Below are positions 39,386-53,152 of a stretch of DNA of 64,000 bases, in pieces (position 1 is the first letter of the stretch; the number at the start of each line of letters is the position of its first letter). Under the pieces are notes generated by a model. The model did no database searches. It was not told the origin of the DNA and saw only the letters and a program-made list of their open reading frames with translations. This DNA comes from Felis catus (lineage: Eukaryota): positions 59,398,001-59,462,000 of the forward strand of contig NC_058368.1 of the NCBI RefSeq assembly GCF_018350175.1, given 5' to 3'. The position numbers and the translations under genes were made by a program.

Positions 39386-42300
39386 CACACATGCAAGCAT
39401 AAGGTGCAGGGCATTGTACAAGAAAAGAATTTCCACAAAATCATTGATGGGGAACACAAGAGGGTCTGATTATTGCAAGTTTTTACAAGCAGCAGAGCTG
39501 AAAGTCTGAAGTTTAGAAGTCTATCCAATTGCCTGGGAGCTATAGCATTGCTCCTGTGGAGGGAGAGCAGAGGCCCAGCAATGGAGAGCATGCTTTGAGG
39601 ATCCCCTGGGTTAGGCTGGAAGATGCATTTCCCCTTCTTAGAGTGCATTTGGGAGAGGCACTACCTCTTGGAGGACAAAAGAAGCAGCAGGCGTCATTGA
39701 GCTGCCCCATTTGTTAACATATGAGCAGAGATGCCTGCTGAGGGCAGCTAACCTGGATGCCAGGTTTTTGTTTGTTTGTTTGTTTGTTTTTGTGACACTT
39801 TACCATAAACTCCAAGCCCCTGTGTGAATGTGTGGCTGCTTTTCTGGGAAAAACCAGTAGCAGCCACAGCACAGGGAGACCCTCCCACAGAGGTTCATTG
39901 TAGGTCTGTGCTGGGTTGAGTCCCTAAAATCTGGAGTTTTGAAACCTTGCCATATGCCTGAGATAAAACACAGGAACACTGTGCTGCCAGCTGGGCAGAC
40001 AGCTCAGACACAGAAGGGTGAAGGAAGTGATCTGATGGAATCCTGGGACAGAAGAGGGGAGATTGTTCCCTCTTCTGTGAGGGCTTCCTGAACAGTGCCA
40101 AGCATAAACTACACTCTCTGGAAAAGAGAGCGAGCCAGTGCCATATTTTTTTAACCAGTCCCGTCAGCACAGATGGACTTCAGCTAGAGGCACAGTGCAC
40201 AATTGCTTTCACCAATCCCACCCCACTGTGCTCTGCAGGTACCTATTTTACTAGGGCAAGTGTGATTGAGAACCCTAATAGCAGTGGGCCCTTTCCTTCA
40301 GAAGACCAGTAAACCCCCTGCATGCACCAGGTGTACTGATCATAGAGTTCTGCAAAGCTTCAGCTGTAGTGGAAATGGGACCAGGCACATGCTTTCCTAA
40401 CACACAAAAGGCAGATCTAGTCAAAATGCCAAGATGGAGGAATTCATCCCCAAAGAAAGAAGAAAAGGTCATAGCCAGGGAGCTAATCAAAACAGATATA
40501 AGTAATATGCCTGAAGCTGAATTTAAAACAACAATCATAAGGATACTAGCTGGGTTTGATTAAAGCATAGAGGAAACCAGAGAGACCTTTACTGCAGAGA
40601 TAAAAGACCTAAAAACTATTCAGGATGAAATAAAAAATGTTATAACTGAGATGAAAAACTGGATGAAATGACCACAAGGATGGAAGAAGTGGAGGAATGA
40701 ATAAGTGATATAGAAAATAAAATTTTGGAAAATAATGAAGCTGAAAAGAAGAGAGAAAGAAAAATATTGGATCATGAATGTAGACTTTAAGAATTCAATG
40801 GCTTCATGAGGCATAATAATATTCATATCATAGGAATCCCAGGTGAAAGGGAAAAAGGGGCAGAAGATTTATTTGAGCAAATTATAGGTGAAAACTTACC
40901 TAATCTGGGGAAGGAAAGAGATATGTCAATACAAGAGGCATTACGAACTCCAATGAAAATCAACAAAAGCAGACCAACACTAAGATATATCATAGTAAAA
41001 TACAGAGAGAAGGAAAGATTCTTGAAAGCAGCAAGGGAAAAGAAATCCCTGACCTACAATGGAAGACAAATAACGTTAGCAGCACATCTCACAACAGACG
41101 CTTGGCAGGCTGGAAGAGAGTGGCATGATATATCCAAATTCTGAAGGAGAAAAATGTGCAGCCAAGAATACTTTATCCAGCAATACTGTCATTCAGAATA
41201 CAAGGAATATAGTTTCCCAGATAAACAAAAACAAAGGATTTTGTGACTACTAATCCAGCCCTACAAGAAATATTAAAGGGGACTCTGAGTGAGAAAGAAA
41301 GAGCAAAAGCAACAGACTAAAGGAACAGAGAAAATCTCCAGAAACGACAGCTTTACAGGTAATAATCTGGTGTAAATAAATAACTATCAATAATTACTCT
41401 GAATGCAAATAAACTAAATACTCTGATCAAAAGACATAGTGTACCAGAGTGGAAAAAAATAAAAAACAAACAAACAAAAAAAACAAGACTAGTATATATG
41501 CTGCTTGTGGAGACTCATTTTGGCCCTAAAGACACCTCCAGATTGAAAGTGAGTGGTGGTGGTGGGTGTGGGGTGGGGAACAATCTCTTATGCTAACAGA
41601 TATCAAAAGAAAGCTAAAGTAGCCATGCTTATATCAGACAAACTACACTTTAAATCAAAGACTGTAACAAGAAGCAGGGCGATATGTCATAATAAAGTGG
41701 TCTTTCCAATACGAAGATCTAACAATTGTAAATATTTATGCCTCAACATGAGCAACCAACCCCAGATATGTAAATCAGTTAATAACAAACATAAACTCAT
41801 TGATAATACAATAATAGTAGGGGACTTTAATACCCTACTTACAGCAAAGGACAGACCATCTAAGCAGAAAATCAATAAGGAAGCAATGGCTTTAAAGGAC
41901 ACAATAGACTGGATGGACTTAACAGATACATTCAGGATATTTCATCCTAAAGCAACAGAATACACATTCTTTTCAAGTGCACATGGAACATTCCCACAGT
42001 AGATCACATATTGGGTCATAAATCAGGCCTCAATAAGTACAAAAAGATTAAGATCAAACCATGCATATTTTCAGACCGCTATGCTATGAAACTAAAAGTT
42101 AACCACAAGAAAAAGTTTGGAAAGACCACAAATACATGGAGATTAAAGAACATCCTACTAAAGAATTAATGTGTTAACCAGGAAAATAAAGAAGAAATAC
42201 AAGAATACATGGAATATAATAAAAAGGAAAACACAACTGTCCAAAAGTTTTGGGATGCAGCAAAAGAGGTCATGAGAGTGAAGTACATAGAAATACAGGC

Positions 42301-45295
42301 CTACGTAAAGAAGCAAGAAAAGTCTCAAATACCCAAGGAGCTAGAAAAGGAACAGCAAACAAAGGCTTAAGTCTAGGAGAAGAGGGGAAATGATAAAATT
42401 TAGAGGAGAAATAAATGATATAGCAAAAACAAATGCAGTAGAACAGATGAATGAAACTAGGAGCTGGCTCTTTGCATGAATAAAATAATAACCCCCTAGC
42501 CAGACTTATCAAAAAGAAAATAGAAAGGTCCCAAATAGATAAAATCATGAATGAGAGAGGAGAGAACACTACCAATACCACAGAAATACAAACAGTTATG
42601 AGAATATTATGAAAAATTATATGCCAACAAATTGGGCAATCTGGAAGAAATGGATAAATTTCTAGAAATATATAAGCACCAAAACAGAAACAGGAAGAAA
42701 TAGAAAATTTGAACAGACCCATAACTAGCAAAGAAATTGAATCAGTAATCAAAAATCTCCCAACAAACAGCCAGATGGCTTCCCAGGGGAATTCTACCAG
42801 ACATTTAAAGAAGAGTTAATACCTATTCTTCTCAGTTTAAAAAGATGGAAGGAAAACTTCCAAACTCAATCTATGGGGCCACCATTAGCTTGATAAAAAG
42901 TAAAATTTTATCTTTTTAAAGATAAAATGAGACAAAGTCCCCACTAACCAGAATTACAGGCTGATATCCCTGATGAATGTGGGTGCAAAAATCTCAACAA
43001 GATACTAACAAATCTAATCCTACAATATATAAAATAGTTACTCACCAGGAGCAAGTGGCATTTATTCCTGGGCTACTGGGTTGGTTCAGTATTCACAGGT
43101 CAATCAATATGATACACCACATTAACAAAATAAAGGATAAGAACCATATTATCCTCCCAATAGATGCAGAATCATTTGACAAAATATAGCATTCATTCTT
43201 GATAAAAACCCTCAAAAAGTAAGGATAGAAGGAACCTACCTCAACATAAAGGCCATATACAAAAAGCTCACAGCTAATATCATCCTCAGTGGGGAAAAAC
43301 TGAAAACTTTTTCTCTACATTCAGGAACAAGACAGGGATGCCCACTCTCATAATTGTTATTTAACATAATACTAGAAGTCCTAGCCTCAGCAATCAGACA
43401 ACAAAAAGAAATAAAAGCCATCCAAATCAGGAAGGAAGAATTCAAACTATTGAAATTATACACTATGTAGAAAACCTGAAAGACTCCACCCAAAAAAGTT
43501 GCTAGAACTGACACATGAATTCAGCAAAGTCACAGGATACAAAATCAACTTACAGAAATCTCTTGCATTTCTATACACCAATAATAAAACCACAGGAAGA
43601 AAAATCAAGAAATCAATCCCTTTACAATTGCATCAAAAACTGTAAGATACCTAGCAATAAGTCTAACCAAAGAGGTAAAAGATCTGTACTCTGAAAACTA
43701 TAGAACACTTATTAGAGAAGTTGAAGATGACACAAAGAAATGGAAAAATATTCCATATTCATGGATTGGAATAACAAATATTGTTAAAATGTCTATACTA
43801 CCCAAAGCAATCCTCACGTTTCATGCAATCCCTATCAAAATACCACCAGCATTTTTTTTTTACAGAGCTAGAACAAATAATCCTAAAATTTTTATGGAAC
43901 CACAAAAGATCCCAGATAGACAAAGCAATCTTGAAAAAGCAAAGCAAAGCTGGAGACATCACAATTCCAGGCTTCAAGTTACATTACAAAGATGTAGTCA
44001 TCAAGACAGTATGGTACTTGCACAAAAACAGACACATGGATCAATGGATCAGGATAGAAAATCTGGAAATGGACCTACAGCTATATGATAAACTGATCTT
44101 CAACAAAATAGGAACTAATAGCCAATGGGAAAAAGAATGTTTCCTTAACAGATGTTGTTGGGAAAACTAGATAGCAACATGCAGAAGAAACTGGACCACT
44201 TTCTTACACCATACACAAAATAAATTCAAAATGGATGAAAGACTTAAATGTGAGATAGGAAAGCATCACAATCCTAGAGGAGAAGACAGGCAGCAACCTG
44301 TTTGTCCTGCGCTGAAGCAACTTCTTACTAGAAACATCTCCAGAGGCAAGGGAAACAAGAAAAAAATGAACTTTTGGTACTTCATCAAGATAAAAACCTT
44401 CTTCACAGTAAAGGAAACAATCAACAAAACTAAAAGGCAGCCTACAAAATGGGAGAAGATATTTGCAGAAGAAATATCTGATAAAGGGTTACTATCCAAA
44501 AATCTATAAAGAACTTATCAAACTCAACAGTCAAAAAAAAATAATAATCCAGTTAAGAAACGGGCAGAAGACACGAATAGACATTTTCCCAAAGAAGACA
44601 TACATACAGATTGCCAACAGACACATGAAAAGATGCTCAAAATACTCATTATCAAGGAAATACAAATCAAAACCACCCTGAGATTTCACCTCACACCTGT
44701 CAGAATGTCTAAAAGTAACAGCATAGGAAATAACAGATGTTAGCGAGGAGGTAGAGAAAAGGGAACCTTCTTTCACTCTTGGTGGTAATACAAACTGGCA
44801 CAGCCACTGTGAAAAACAGTATGGAGGTTCCTCAAAAAGTGAAAATAGAACTACTTTACAACCAGCAATTACACTACTAGGCATTTACCCAAAGGATACA
44901 AAAATACCAACTTGAAGGGACATGTGCACCATGATGTTTATTAACAGCATTATCAACAATAGTTAAACTATGGAAAGAGTCCAAATGTCCATCCTCTGAT
45001 GAATAGATAAGATTTGGCATATATACCATATATATATCTATATATATATAGATATCTTCTTTATCTCTATATAACTCAACCATCAAAAAGAATGAGATCT
45101 TGCCATTTGCAACGATTTAGATGGAGCTAGAGTGTAGTATGCTAAAGAAGTCAGGACAAATATCATATGATTTCACTTATACGTGTAAGAAATAAAACAG
45201 ATAAACATAGGGGAAGGGGTAAAAGAAAGAGAGGGAGGCAAACCATAAGAGTATTAACTCTAGAAGCAAACTGAAGTTTGCTGGAGGAGAGGTGC
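39096..45295 (+). mobile_element. Near full-length inactivated L1 with a different 5'UTR type; 3' terminus missing
   Basis: Begins ggagagaggagttaagatggc. ORF1 MPRWRNSSPKKEEKVIARELIKTDI from 40426; endonuclease IIVGDFNTLL; ORF2 fragments to ~45000. The 3'UTR breaks off after ggaggagaggtg. (CA)n in the 5'UTR at ~39346-39381. Confidence 0.96.
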
Positions 45296-45838
45296 CTTGT
45301 GATATGAGTACTTATTCCATTCACCCTTATCTGTTTATATTAGCTAAAATATTTAATCAAACTGATTACTAATGCCAAATGATAAGTAATGCAGACTACA
45401 TTATTCCTTCATCCTCTTATAACCTAATCACCCAAAAAGACTATGTTTATGGTCACTTCTTTATTATTGAGGTAAAAAGACTCCTATAAAGTCCTGCTAC
45501 TCAGGATTATGGAGCCTAACTATGCTAAAGTGAAGAATCAGATATTCGTGTATTCTTTACATGACAAGGAAAGTATGTTTACTGAAACCTTTACCTTTCC
45601 TGATACATCCTTCATTTTCTTTATATCAATTAATACTTTTTTAAACCCTTAAATTTCATCATTATGTATTTGTATGTGTCCACGATAGACCATGAGTTTC
45701 ATTAGGGAAGGTATGTATGATTTATCCAAGACCACTCAAAAATTACTTTTTATTTCTGCAATAGAGTAAAATCAAGTGTTTATGTAGGATTTTCATAAAA
45801 GTTAATGCTTAGCAAATTTTAAAAAATAAGTTAGACTC

Positions 45839-46051
45839 TTTTTTTTTTTTAACGTTTATTTATTTTTGAGAGAGAGAGACAGGGTACGAGATGGGAAGAG
45901 GCAAAGACAGATGGAGACACAGAATTCGAAGCAAGTTCCAGGCTCTGAGCTGTCAGCACAGGGCCTGACACGGGGTTCGAACCCACAAGCTGTGAGATCA
46001 TGACCTGAGCTGAAGTGGGACACTTAACTGAATGAGCCACCCAGCTGTCCC
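45839..46051 (-). mobile_element. CanSINE (part of a composite with the adjacent L1 fragment)
   Basis: Poly-T, aacgtttatttatttttgag...actgaatgagccacccagctgtccc. Confidence 0.93.
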
Positions 46052-46076
46052 ATATTCATTTGTTTTTTAATCAGAT

Positions 46077-46509
46077 ACTCTGGAAAACAGTATGGAGGCT
46101 CTTTAAAAAGTTAAAAATAGAACTACCCTATAATACAGCAATCACACTACTGTTTTTACACAAAGAATACAAAAATTCTAATTCAAAGGGGTATATGCAC
46201 CCCAATGGTTATAGCAGCATTGTCTATAATAGCCAAATTATCAAAGCAACGCAAGTGTCCATCTATTGATGAGTGGATAAGGAAGATGTGCTATATACAC
46301 AATGGAATATTAGTCATAAGGAATGAACTCTTGTCATTTGCAACAACACGGATGGAGCTAGAGTATAATATCAATTAAAATAAGTCACATATCATATAAT
46401 AGACAAATGTCATATGAGAAACACATATCATGAGATTTCATTCATAGGTGGAATTTAAGAAACAAAACAAATGAGCAAAGGGAAAAAATTAAACAAAAAA
46501 CTTAAAATA
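46077..46509 (+). mobile_element. Short L1 3' fragment
   Basis: [18 protein letters not shown]; ends in an A-rich tract; 15-bp direct repeat aaaaaataagttaga at 45821-45835 and 46510-46524. Confidence 0.92.
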
Positions 46510-47630
46510 AAAAAATAAGTTAGAATGTAGTATGACCAGATGGTTAGTTCATCGAAAAAGTTTAAATATAGATTTTATTGAGATATCATGTCTTATATTA
46601 TTACATTTTTATATAATTCTGTTTTAGTTTTATGTCTAATATATCTTGGATTCTATTATTGTGTTAAACAAATAGATCTAGTGTACTTGGATAAAATTAT
46701 TAGAATGCTCATGTATTTTTAACATTTACTATTTGCCTAGCATATACTTAGACAGTCAACTTTCAGCTCCCATCTACATGTAACTGAAGCACAAAATATT
46801 TATAAAGTGTGAAATTATTTCAAGTTAATTGAGATATAATTTCTTTTATTTGTTATAATATTATACTATTTTTCTTGATTTGAGAATGTGATAAATTTCA
46901 AATTCTATTCATTTATGTCATTTTATATCATAAGATATAAAATAATTAAGAATAGGAATATAAATATTAATTAAATATATTAAATACTGTAAATTATTTT
47001 TTGATTAAGTGTAATAAGGCCATCAGAGAAGAAATAATAGTTTTCTAAAGTACAAACATGAAATTAATTACCTAATTGTATTAATGAGAATAGAAGATAT
47101 TCTGATTTTTTCCCAAGATATTTAATATTTCACAAGGTCTATAAAATCAATTGTTTATTAAAATCTATGAATTACTGAAAATAAATAATATTTTTACATG
47201 GAAAGCTTTGAGATAGGATGTAAGAAGGCATTCATTAGAATGGTTACCATAAGTCAAAATTCATAAGGAAATAAAAGATTTCAGCCGATGCAGGTCCTGT
47301 TTTCTTTTTCAATAAGAATTAGCTGTAACTACCTTAAGAACAGCTTAAGGATCTGGAGTGTCATTACCCTAATAACTTTTTTTTAGCATTATAACTCCAT
47401 GAGCTAATAAGACTGTCAGTACATAAATACTGTAAAAAATTAAGCTGCTTTGAAAATTCACAGAAAGGGTAGGCTACCAAAATAAATAGGATTTTTAAGA
47501 AAATCACTCAGTTAACTAAATCTCCCCTGATTTTTTTTAAGCCATTCAGATTGAAGTAGTGGCCTTTTAATTCCTTGTTCACTGTTTTTTTTTCTCTTAA
47601 ATCTAACAATATCTAAAATAGATTGAAACA

Positions 47631-47844
47631 GGGGCGCCTGGGTGGCGCAGTCGGTTAAGCGTCCGACTTCAGCCAGGTCACAATCTCGCGTTCCGGGAGT
47701 CCGATCCCCGCATCGGGCTCTGGGCTGATGGCTCGGAGCCTGGAGCCTGTTTCAGATTCTGTGTCTCCCTCTCTCTCTGCCCCTCCCCCGTTCATGCTCT
47801 GTCTCTCTCTGTCCCAAAAATAAATAAACGTTGAAAAAAAAAAT
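47631..47844 (+). mobile_element. Young felid CanSINE
   Basis: CpG-rich; perfect 17-bp TSD taaaatagattgaaaca at 47614-47630 and 47845-47861. Confidence 0.97.
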
Positions 47845-48010
47845 TAAAATAGATTGAAACAAACACCTCATTCTGCCTCTTAAACAGGTAACTTAATCTA
47901 AGCTGTAACAATGATATTACACTAATTCCTTAAAGCTTAAATATTTTAAAGAAAACATAGCCTGAATGAAAAGAATCTTACAGCACATTGTGAATTTAGG
48001 GACTATATAT

Positions 48011-48255
48011 TTTCGTGCTTAGCAACAAAATGAAACAAAAAACCCACCTTTTAATTTAGTAAATAAATTAATCTGGTTGTAAACCTGTCATCTACAAAAA
48101 TTGCACCCTCATTAACTACAGAACTTTCATGATCAGCAACAAAACAAAACAAAACAAAACAAAAAACAAAGCCGCCTTTTAGTTAAGTAAATAAATTAAT
48201 CTGGTTGTAAACTTGTCATCTACAAAAATTGCACCTTGAAATAACCACAGAACTT
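48011..48255. repeat. Local tandem duplication, about 115-130 bp unit, two copies
   Basis: agtaaataaattaatctggttgtaaac(c/t)tgtcatctacaaaaattgcacc occurs twice, with similar flanking sequence. Confidence 0.92.
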
Positions 48256-48990
48256 GTGCGTAGCTATTAACAATGTCTATAGAATTTTACTCATGGTATT
48301 AAATACATTAGGGTATCATTGATAGAGTCAGAATATAATGTATAATTTATAGAGATTAATGGATATATTTTGCAATTTTCTAATTTGAATTCCAAATGAT
48401 GTCTATTATGCAACCAATAGTTGAGAAATGTCTTTGAACTTCTTGGACACTATATCTTCCTTTTGAGGAAGATGGGGCTTATATTCGGTTCTCTCATTTT
48501 CCCTACCAATGTTGTAAAAGTGATAATGGTGCTTATCTGTGGGATCCATATTAAATATGATTATTTACCTGCATGTATTAGAATATTTGCTTTAAATAAT
48601 ATCCAACAAATGTGAGAGGCTGTTGTGATTAGTGTGTTTATTATCTTTAATAGAGAGAATTAAAACTAATTTAGATATCATTACTAATTTTCTTCTTTGC
48701 AGTAGATCTGGTTAACAATGTTATTGATTGTAATTCACAATTATTAATTTTAAACACTCTAAACACATTGTAAACACACTATTTTGCACCTGTAGGCTTT
48801 TGTAAATTGATGTATTTTAATATTTTCAAAATATATCTATAATTGCTTGATTATATATATATAATATGTAATATATACTACTATTTCTCTTTATAATTTT
48901 TTCTTTTTTGAGAAATTGGAATAAGAGGTCATGTGGAAGTATACAATTTAACATCTGATAAGGACTTTTATTTAGACTCTGGAAAGAATA

Positions 48991-49188
48991 TTTAAAAAAA
49001 TATTTATTTATTTTGAGAGAGAGAGAATGCAAGTGGGGGAGGAGCAAGAGAGAGAGGGGAACATAGGATCCAAGGCAGGCACTGTGAAGACAGCAGCAAG
49101 CCCGATGTGGGACTCGAACTCATGTACTGTGAGATCATGACGTGAGCTGAAGTTGGGTTCTCAACCAACTGTGCCACCCAGATGCCCC
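48991..49188 (-). mobile_element. CanSINE
   Basis: TSD ct(g/a)gaaagaata(t/c)tt. Confidence 0.9.
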
Positions 49189-49249
49189 TAGAAAGAATAC
49201 TTCTAATTCAAAAGAAAAAAAAAAGAAGAAAACAATTAAAATATGAAAA

Positions 49250-50110
49250 TTCTGTGAATAGGCTATTTTCTGAAGAAAATATGAAAATGAACAAAAATCA
49301 CATAAAAAAGTAGCCAACATCTTTAGCCATCAGTAAAATTCAAATCAGAACCATAATAGGAGAGCACTTCATATCCACTATGATGGTAATAGTAATAGTA
49401 ATAGTAATAGTAATAGTAATAGTAATAGTAATAGTAATAATAATATAACAAGCGTTGGTCAGAATGTGGAGAAATTGGAACTCTCACATACTACTGGTAG
49501 AAATGTAAATTTATGCAACTGCTTTGTTAAATAGTCTAGTTATTCTTCCAAATATTAAAGATAGAGTTATCATATAACTCACGTTTCATTCCTAGGTATT
49601 TACCCAAGATAAATGAAAACTTACATTCACACAAAAACTTGTTCATGAATGTTCAAAGCAGCATTATTCATAGCATTAAAAATGTGGAAACAACCCAAAT
49701 GCTCATCAGTTGATGAACGAATAAATCAAATGTAGCATGTTCATATGATAGAATATTATTCAGCAGTGAAAATCAGTTAAATGCAGATATATGCCACAAC
49801 ACGTATGAACCTTGAAAATATTTGGTTACAGAAGATAGCATCCAAAAAAGGCTGCATGTTATGTAATTCCATTTGCATGAAATATTCAAGATAGACAAAT
49901 CTATAGAGACAGGATTTTCATTACCTAGGACTGTGGGGTAGGGAAGTTGTATGCATTGCTAGCTGATACAGTGTTTCTATTTGAAAAGATTGAATTATTC
50001 TAATATTGACTGTAATATTGGTTTCATAACTTTGTGAATGTACTTAAATCCATTGACCTACACTTTAAATGGATGAATTGTATAGAGTCTGACATATTTC
50101 AATGGAGCTT
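49250..50110 (+). mobile_element. Ancient L1 3' fragment (L1MA/MB-like) with (TAGTAA)n at ~49386-49445
   Basis: gttggtcagaatgtggagaaattggaactctcac, cacaaaaacttgttcatgaatgttcaaagcagcattattc, cactttaaatggatgaattgtat. Confidence 0.85.
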
Positions 50111-51759
50111 TATGATAAAGGAATATATAGTGTCCACTTTTGAGCAGTTAAATACACAGTAGTCATATTCAATGCCTAAACTGAAGGTGGCGGAACATGA
50201 AATGGTAGAAACTGAGAGTGTCATATTAAGTAATATTTTTACCCATAAATATTACATTTATTCATTTGCAAGTAGAGAAACATTTCAGAATATAAAGTAT
50301 ACTTAAAAAAGTTTACATTTATATCTACAAAGAAAAACACATGTATACCTGTTTGCTTTGGGGAAAGTGTTTGCAGTGACCCATGAAGAAAGTGAATGAA
50401 GCCACCTTAAAGCATTTGTTCTATCCCCTCTTTAAATGTGCACTTTTCTGTTTTTAACTAATAAACTTTTTAAATGTTTTAAATGTTTACATAAGAATGT
50501 ATTTAAGTATTTTGTCAGAAGGTACAAAGCTAGTTAGACAAAAACTGTGATTAAACTCTGTTAAGTTTTATTCCCAGTCCTATGAACTTTCTGGTTCTCT
50601 TAACTGCCACAGATAAATTAATTTGAAAAGAAAGATTTACTTCATCAATTAAGACTCAAGAAGAAACTCATTTACATTATTAATATGGCCTTCCTTACAT
50701 AAAGAAAAAAGGATGAGAGAGATAAATGTTAGAATTTGCATAATGCTGCTTTTATTGAACATTTATTAATTTTGCAAATTATTCAACCAAATCTATTAAA
50801 AATCATATGCTCCTGCTTCATGTTATTTATGCAGCTTTTATTATAGTACAAAACCAAACCAATAAAGGCAGTTATTTGCTCTCAATTTAATATCCCCTCA
50901 CTAAAAGAAAAATTTTAATACCCTAAATTGGTTAATTTTAAATCTTTTCTCAGTGATTAAAAACTTTAAGCAGTGTAATTTCTCAATGAGTAAATGTTCA
51001 AAATAGCATTCTTGGATCTACTCAGTTTACCATTAACTCCAAAGCAGCTCTTCTGACTCCTTAAAAATCTTCAAGTTCTTAAATCTAAAAAGGGACTGTG
51101 TTATGTTGATAGTAATGTATGGCTTTGTTTTGTAGAACCAACAGTATTATTTAATTTTTGAATATTCTGAAAAGAATAATCTGAAAAGATTCTGATTTAC
51201 AAGGAACACTATGATTTAAAATCCTTACTGCATAATACATACAAATCTATTTCAGATGTTAAACTCTGTATTTCTTCTTAAGTGATGATTTTAAATAACC
51301 AGATATAACATGACCATACCTTCTAGTTAGACTTAAAATAACACTAATACATAATTAAAAGTTATGTAATTTGTTTAGATTGAAACAACGAGGGATTATT
51401 ACATGTCCAATCAGTATAAAGTAATTTTTCAAAGGTTGACATTTTAATTTCATGAGTTCAGTTTAATTTTCACAATATTTTTCTGTGTGTCTAAGGTTTC
51501 AGGGTCATATATTTGGTATTCAGATCAAGATTATGTCAGCAATATATTGATAATGTGGCAGATAAACTCATAAGTTTCATGTAATAACCTGCAAAATAGG
51601 AATATTTAAAGTATACTCAACACTACAAGCGGCTCTTTATTTCTGCATTTGAAATGACATTATACATTTGTTAGTAATATTTAGAAAGAAAAGAATGACA
51701 GTGAACAGTGTTCATATCTGATTTTAAGTAGATTATACTTACATGTTTATCTATCTTAT

Positions 51760-51778
51760 CTATTATCTATCTATCATG

Positions 51779-51818
<40 letters not shown>

Positions 51819-51820
51819 AT
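51760..51820. repeat. (TATC)n/(GATA)n tetranucleotide microsatellite
   Basis: Direct reading. Confidence 0.95.
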
Positions 51821-52462
51821 TTATCTGAATTAGTGTGTTTTATTCCTTAGAGATATAAATAACTGGGCAAGTTAACCTATAGACAATTAGATAAGTAAAT
51901 GGACCATATTTTAGCTAAGGAGAAAGTAACTGGCATTTTGGCCATTTCAGATAGGGTGAAAGAGACTCTTCTGTAAGGATGTTACACAGGGCAGAGACTT
52001 GAATAATAGTTACTACAAATGTATTTTTAATAAGGTGAATAGGTGTCACCCCAAAATTAGAATTTTTCTAATTCCTGGAGGGTTGGCAGAAAAGCACTGA
52101 GAACGAGAAGAAAATGGTAAGAAGTGAGGAAGGACACACACACTGAGGTCCTGTCATGTTAAAGGCATGGCTCCAGGTAACTCTGCGATCAGTGGTGGAG
52201 ACGTTTTAAGGAGAGTAATGCTATGTATGTTCTGAATTATATTTGCTAATCTCATTTATAGTGAAGTATAATTGGTGGGGGAAATTGGAAGTATGAAAAT
52301 GAATGATTTTGTAAACTTTTAGGAGGGTCTTATGGCCATTCAGAACAGTGTAAAAAGTCGTCCTAATAAAAATCATCGTATCTGCAGCCAGAATCAAGGA
52401 GAATTGCTGGTGATAGAATATGCAAGGGAGACAAAATGGTACGTTGAACTCCTATTTCTTTT

Positions 52463-52685
52463 ATTTTTTTATTTTTTTAATTTAATGTTTATTTACTTTT
52501 GAAGGAGAGAGAGACAGAGTGTGAGTGGGGAGGGGCAGAGAGAGAGGGAGACACAGAATCCGAAGCAGGCTCCAGGCTTTGAGCCACCAGCACAGAGCCT
52601 GATGCGGGGCTGGATCCCACAAACCGCGAGATCATGACCTGATCCGAAGTCGGACGCTCAACCAACTGAGCCACCCAGGAGCCCC
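52463..52685 (-). mobile_element. CanSINE
   Basis: TSD ctcctatttctttt at 52449-52462 and 52686-52699. Confidence 0.96.
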
Positions 52686-52944
52686 CTCCTATTTCTTTTA
52701 AACCTGATTTAAATGTATTTTCATTTACTAACATTGAGAATGGAAAAAAAATGGAGTTTGTTTGTTAAGGTATGAGAGACATATTGAGTTTCAAATGCTT
52801 ATTAGGCATCAACGGAAAATTACTGTGATGGAGTATCAAAATATTAGTCATTTAAACAAGTGTGTGGAATACAATTAATGACAGGCGTACATGGTTTTAA
52901 GAGGTTATCAACATAATGATATATTTTTGAAAATACTTAGGGAG

Positions 52945-53152
52945 AGGTGCCTGGGTGGCTCAGTCAGTTAAGCATTGGACTTTTGATTTTGGCTCAGGTC
53001 ATGATGTTGTGGTTCATGGGTTTAAGCCCCATATCAGGCTCTGTGCTGACAGTGTGGAGTCTGCTTGGGATTCTCTCTCTCCCTCTCTTTCTGCCCCTCT
53101 CCCTGCTCTGTTTCTCTCTCTCTCTCTCTTTCAAAATAAATAAATATTAACG
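52945..53152 (+). mobile_element. CanSINE (older subfamily)
   Basis: TSD tgaaaatactta(g/t)ggag at 52928-52944 and 53153-53169. Confidence 0.94.

Noticed and set aside
45360..45372. ctgattact as the right TSD of the 39096 L1 (matching 39084-39092)
   Set aside because: Only 9 bp, not preceded by an L1 3' end or poly-A; likely chance.
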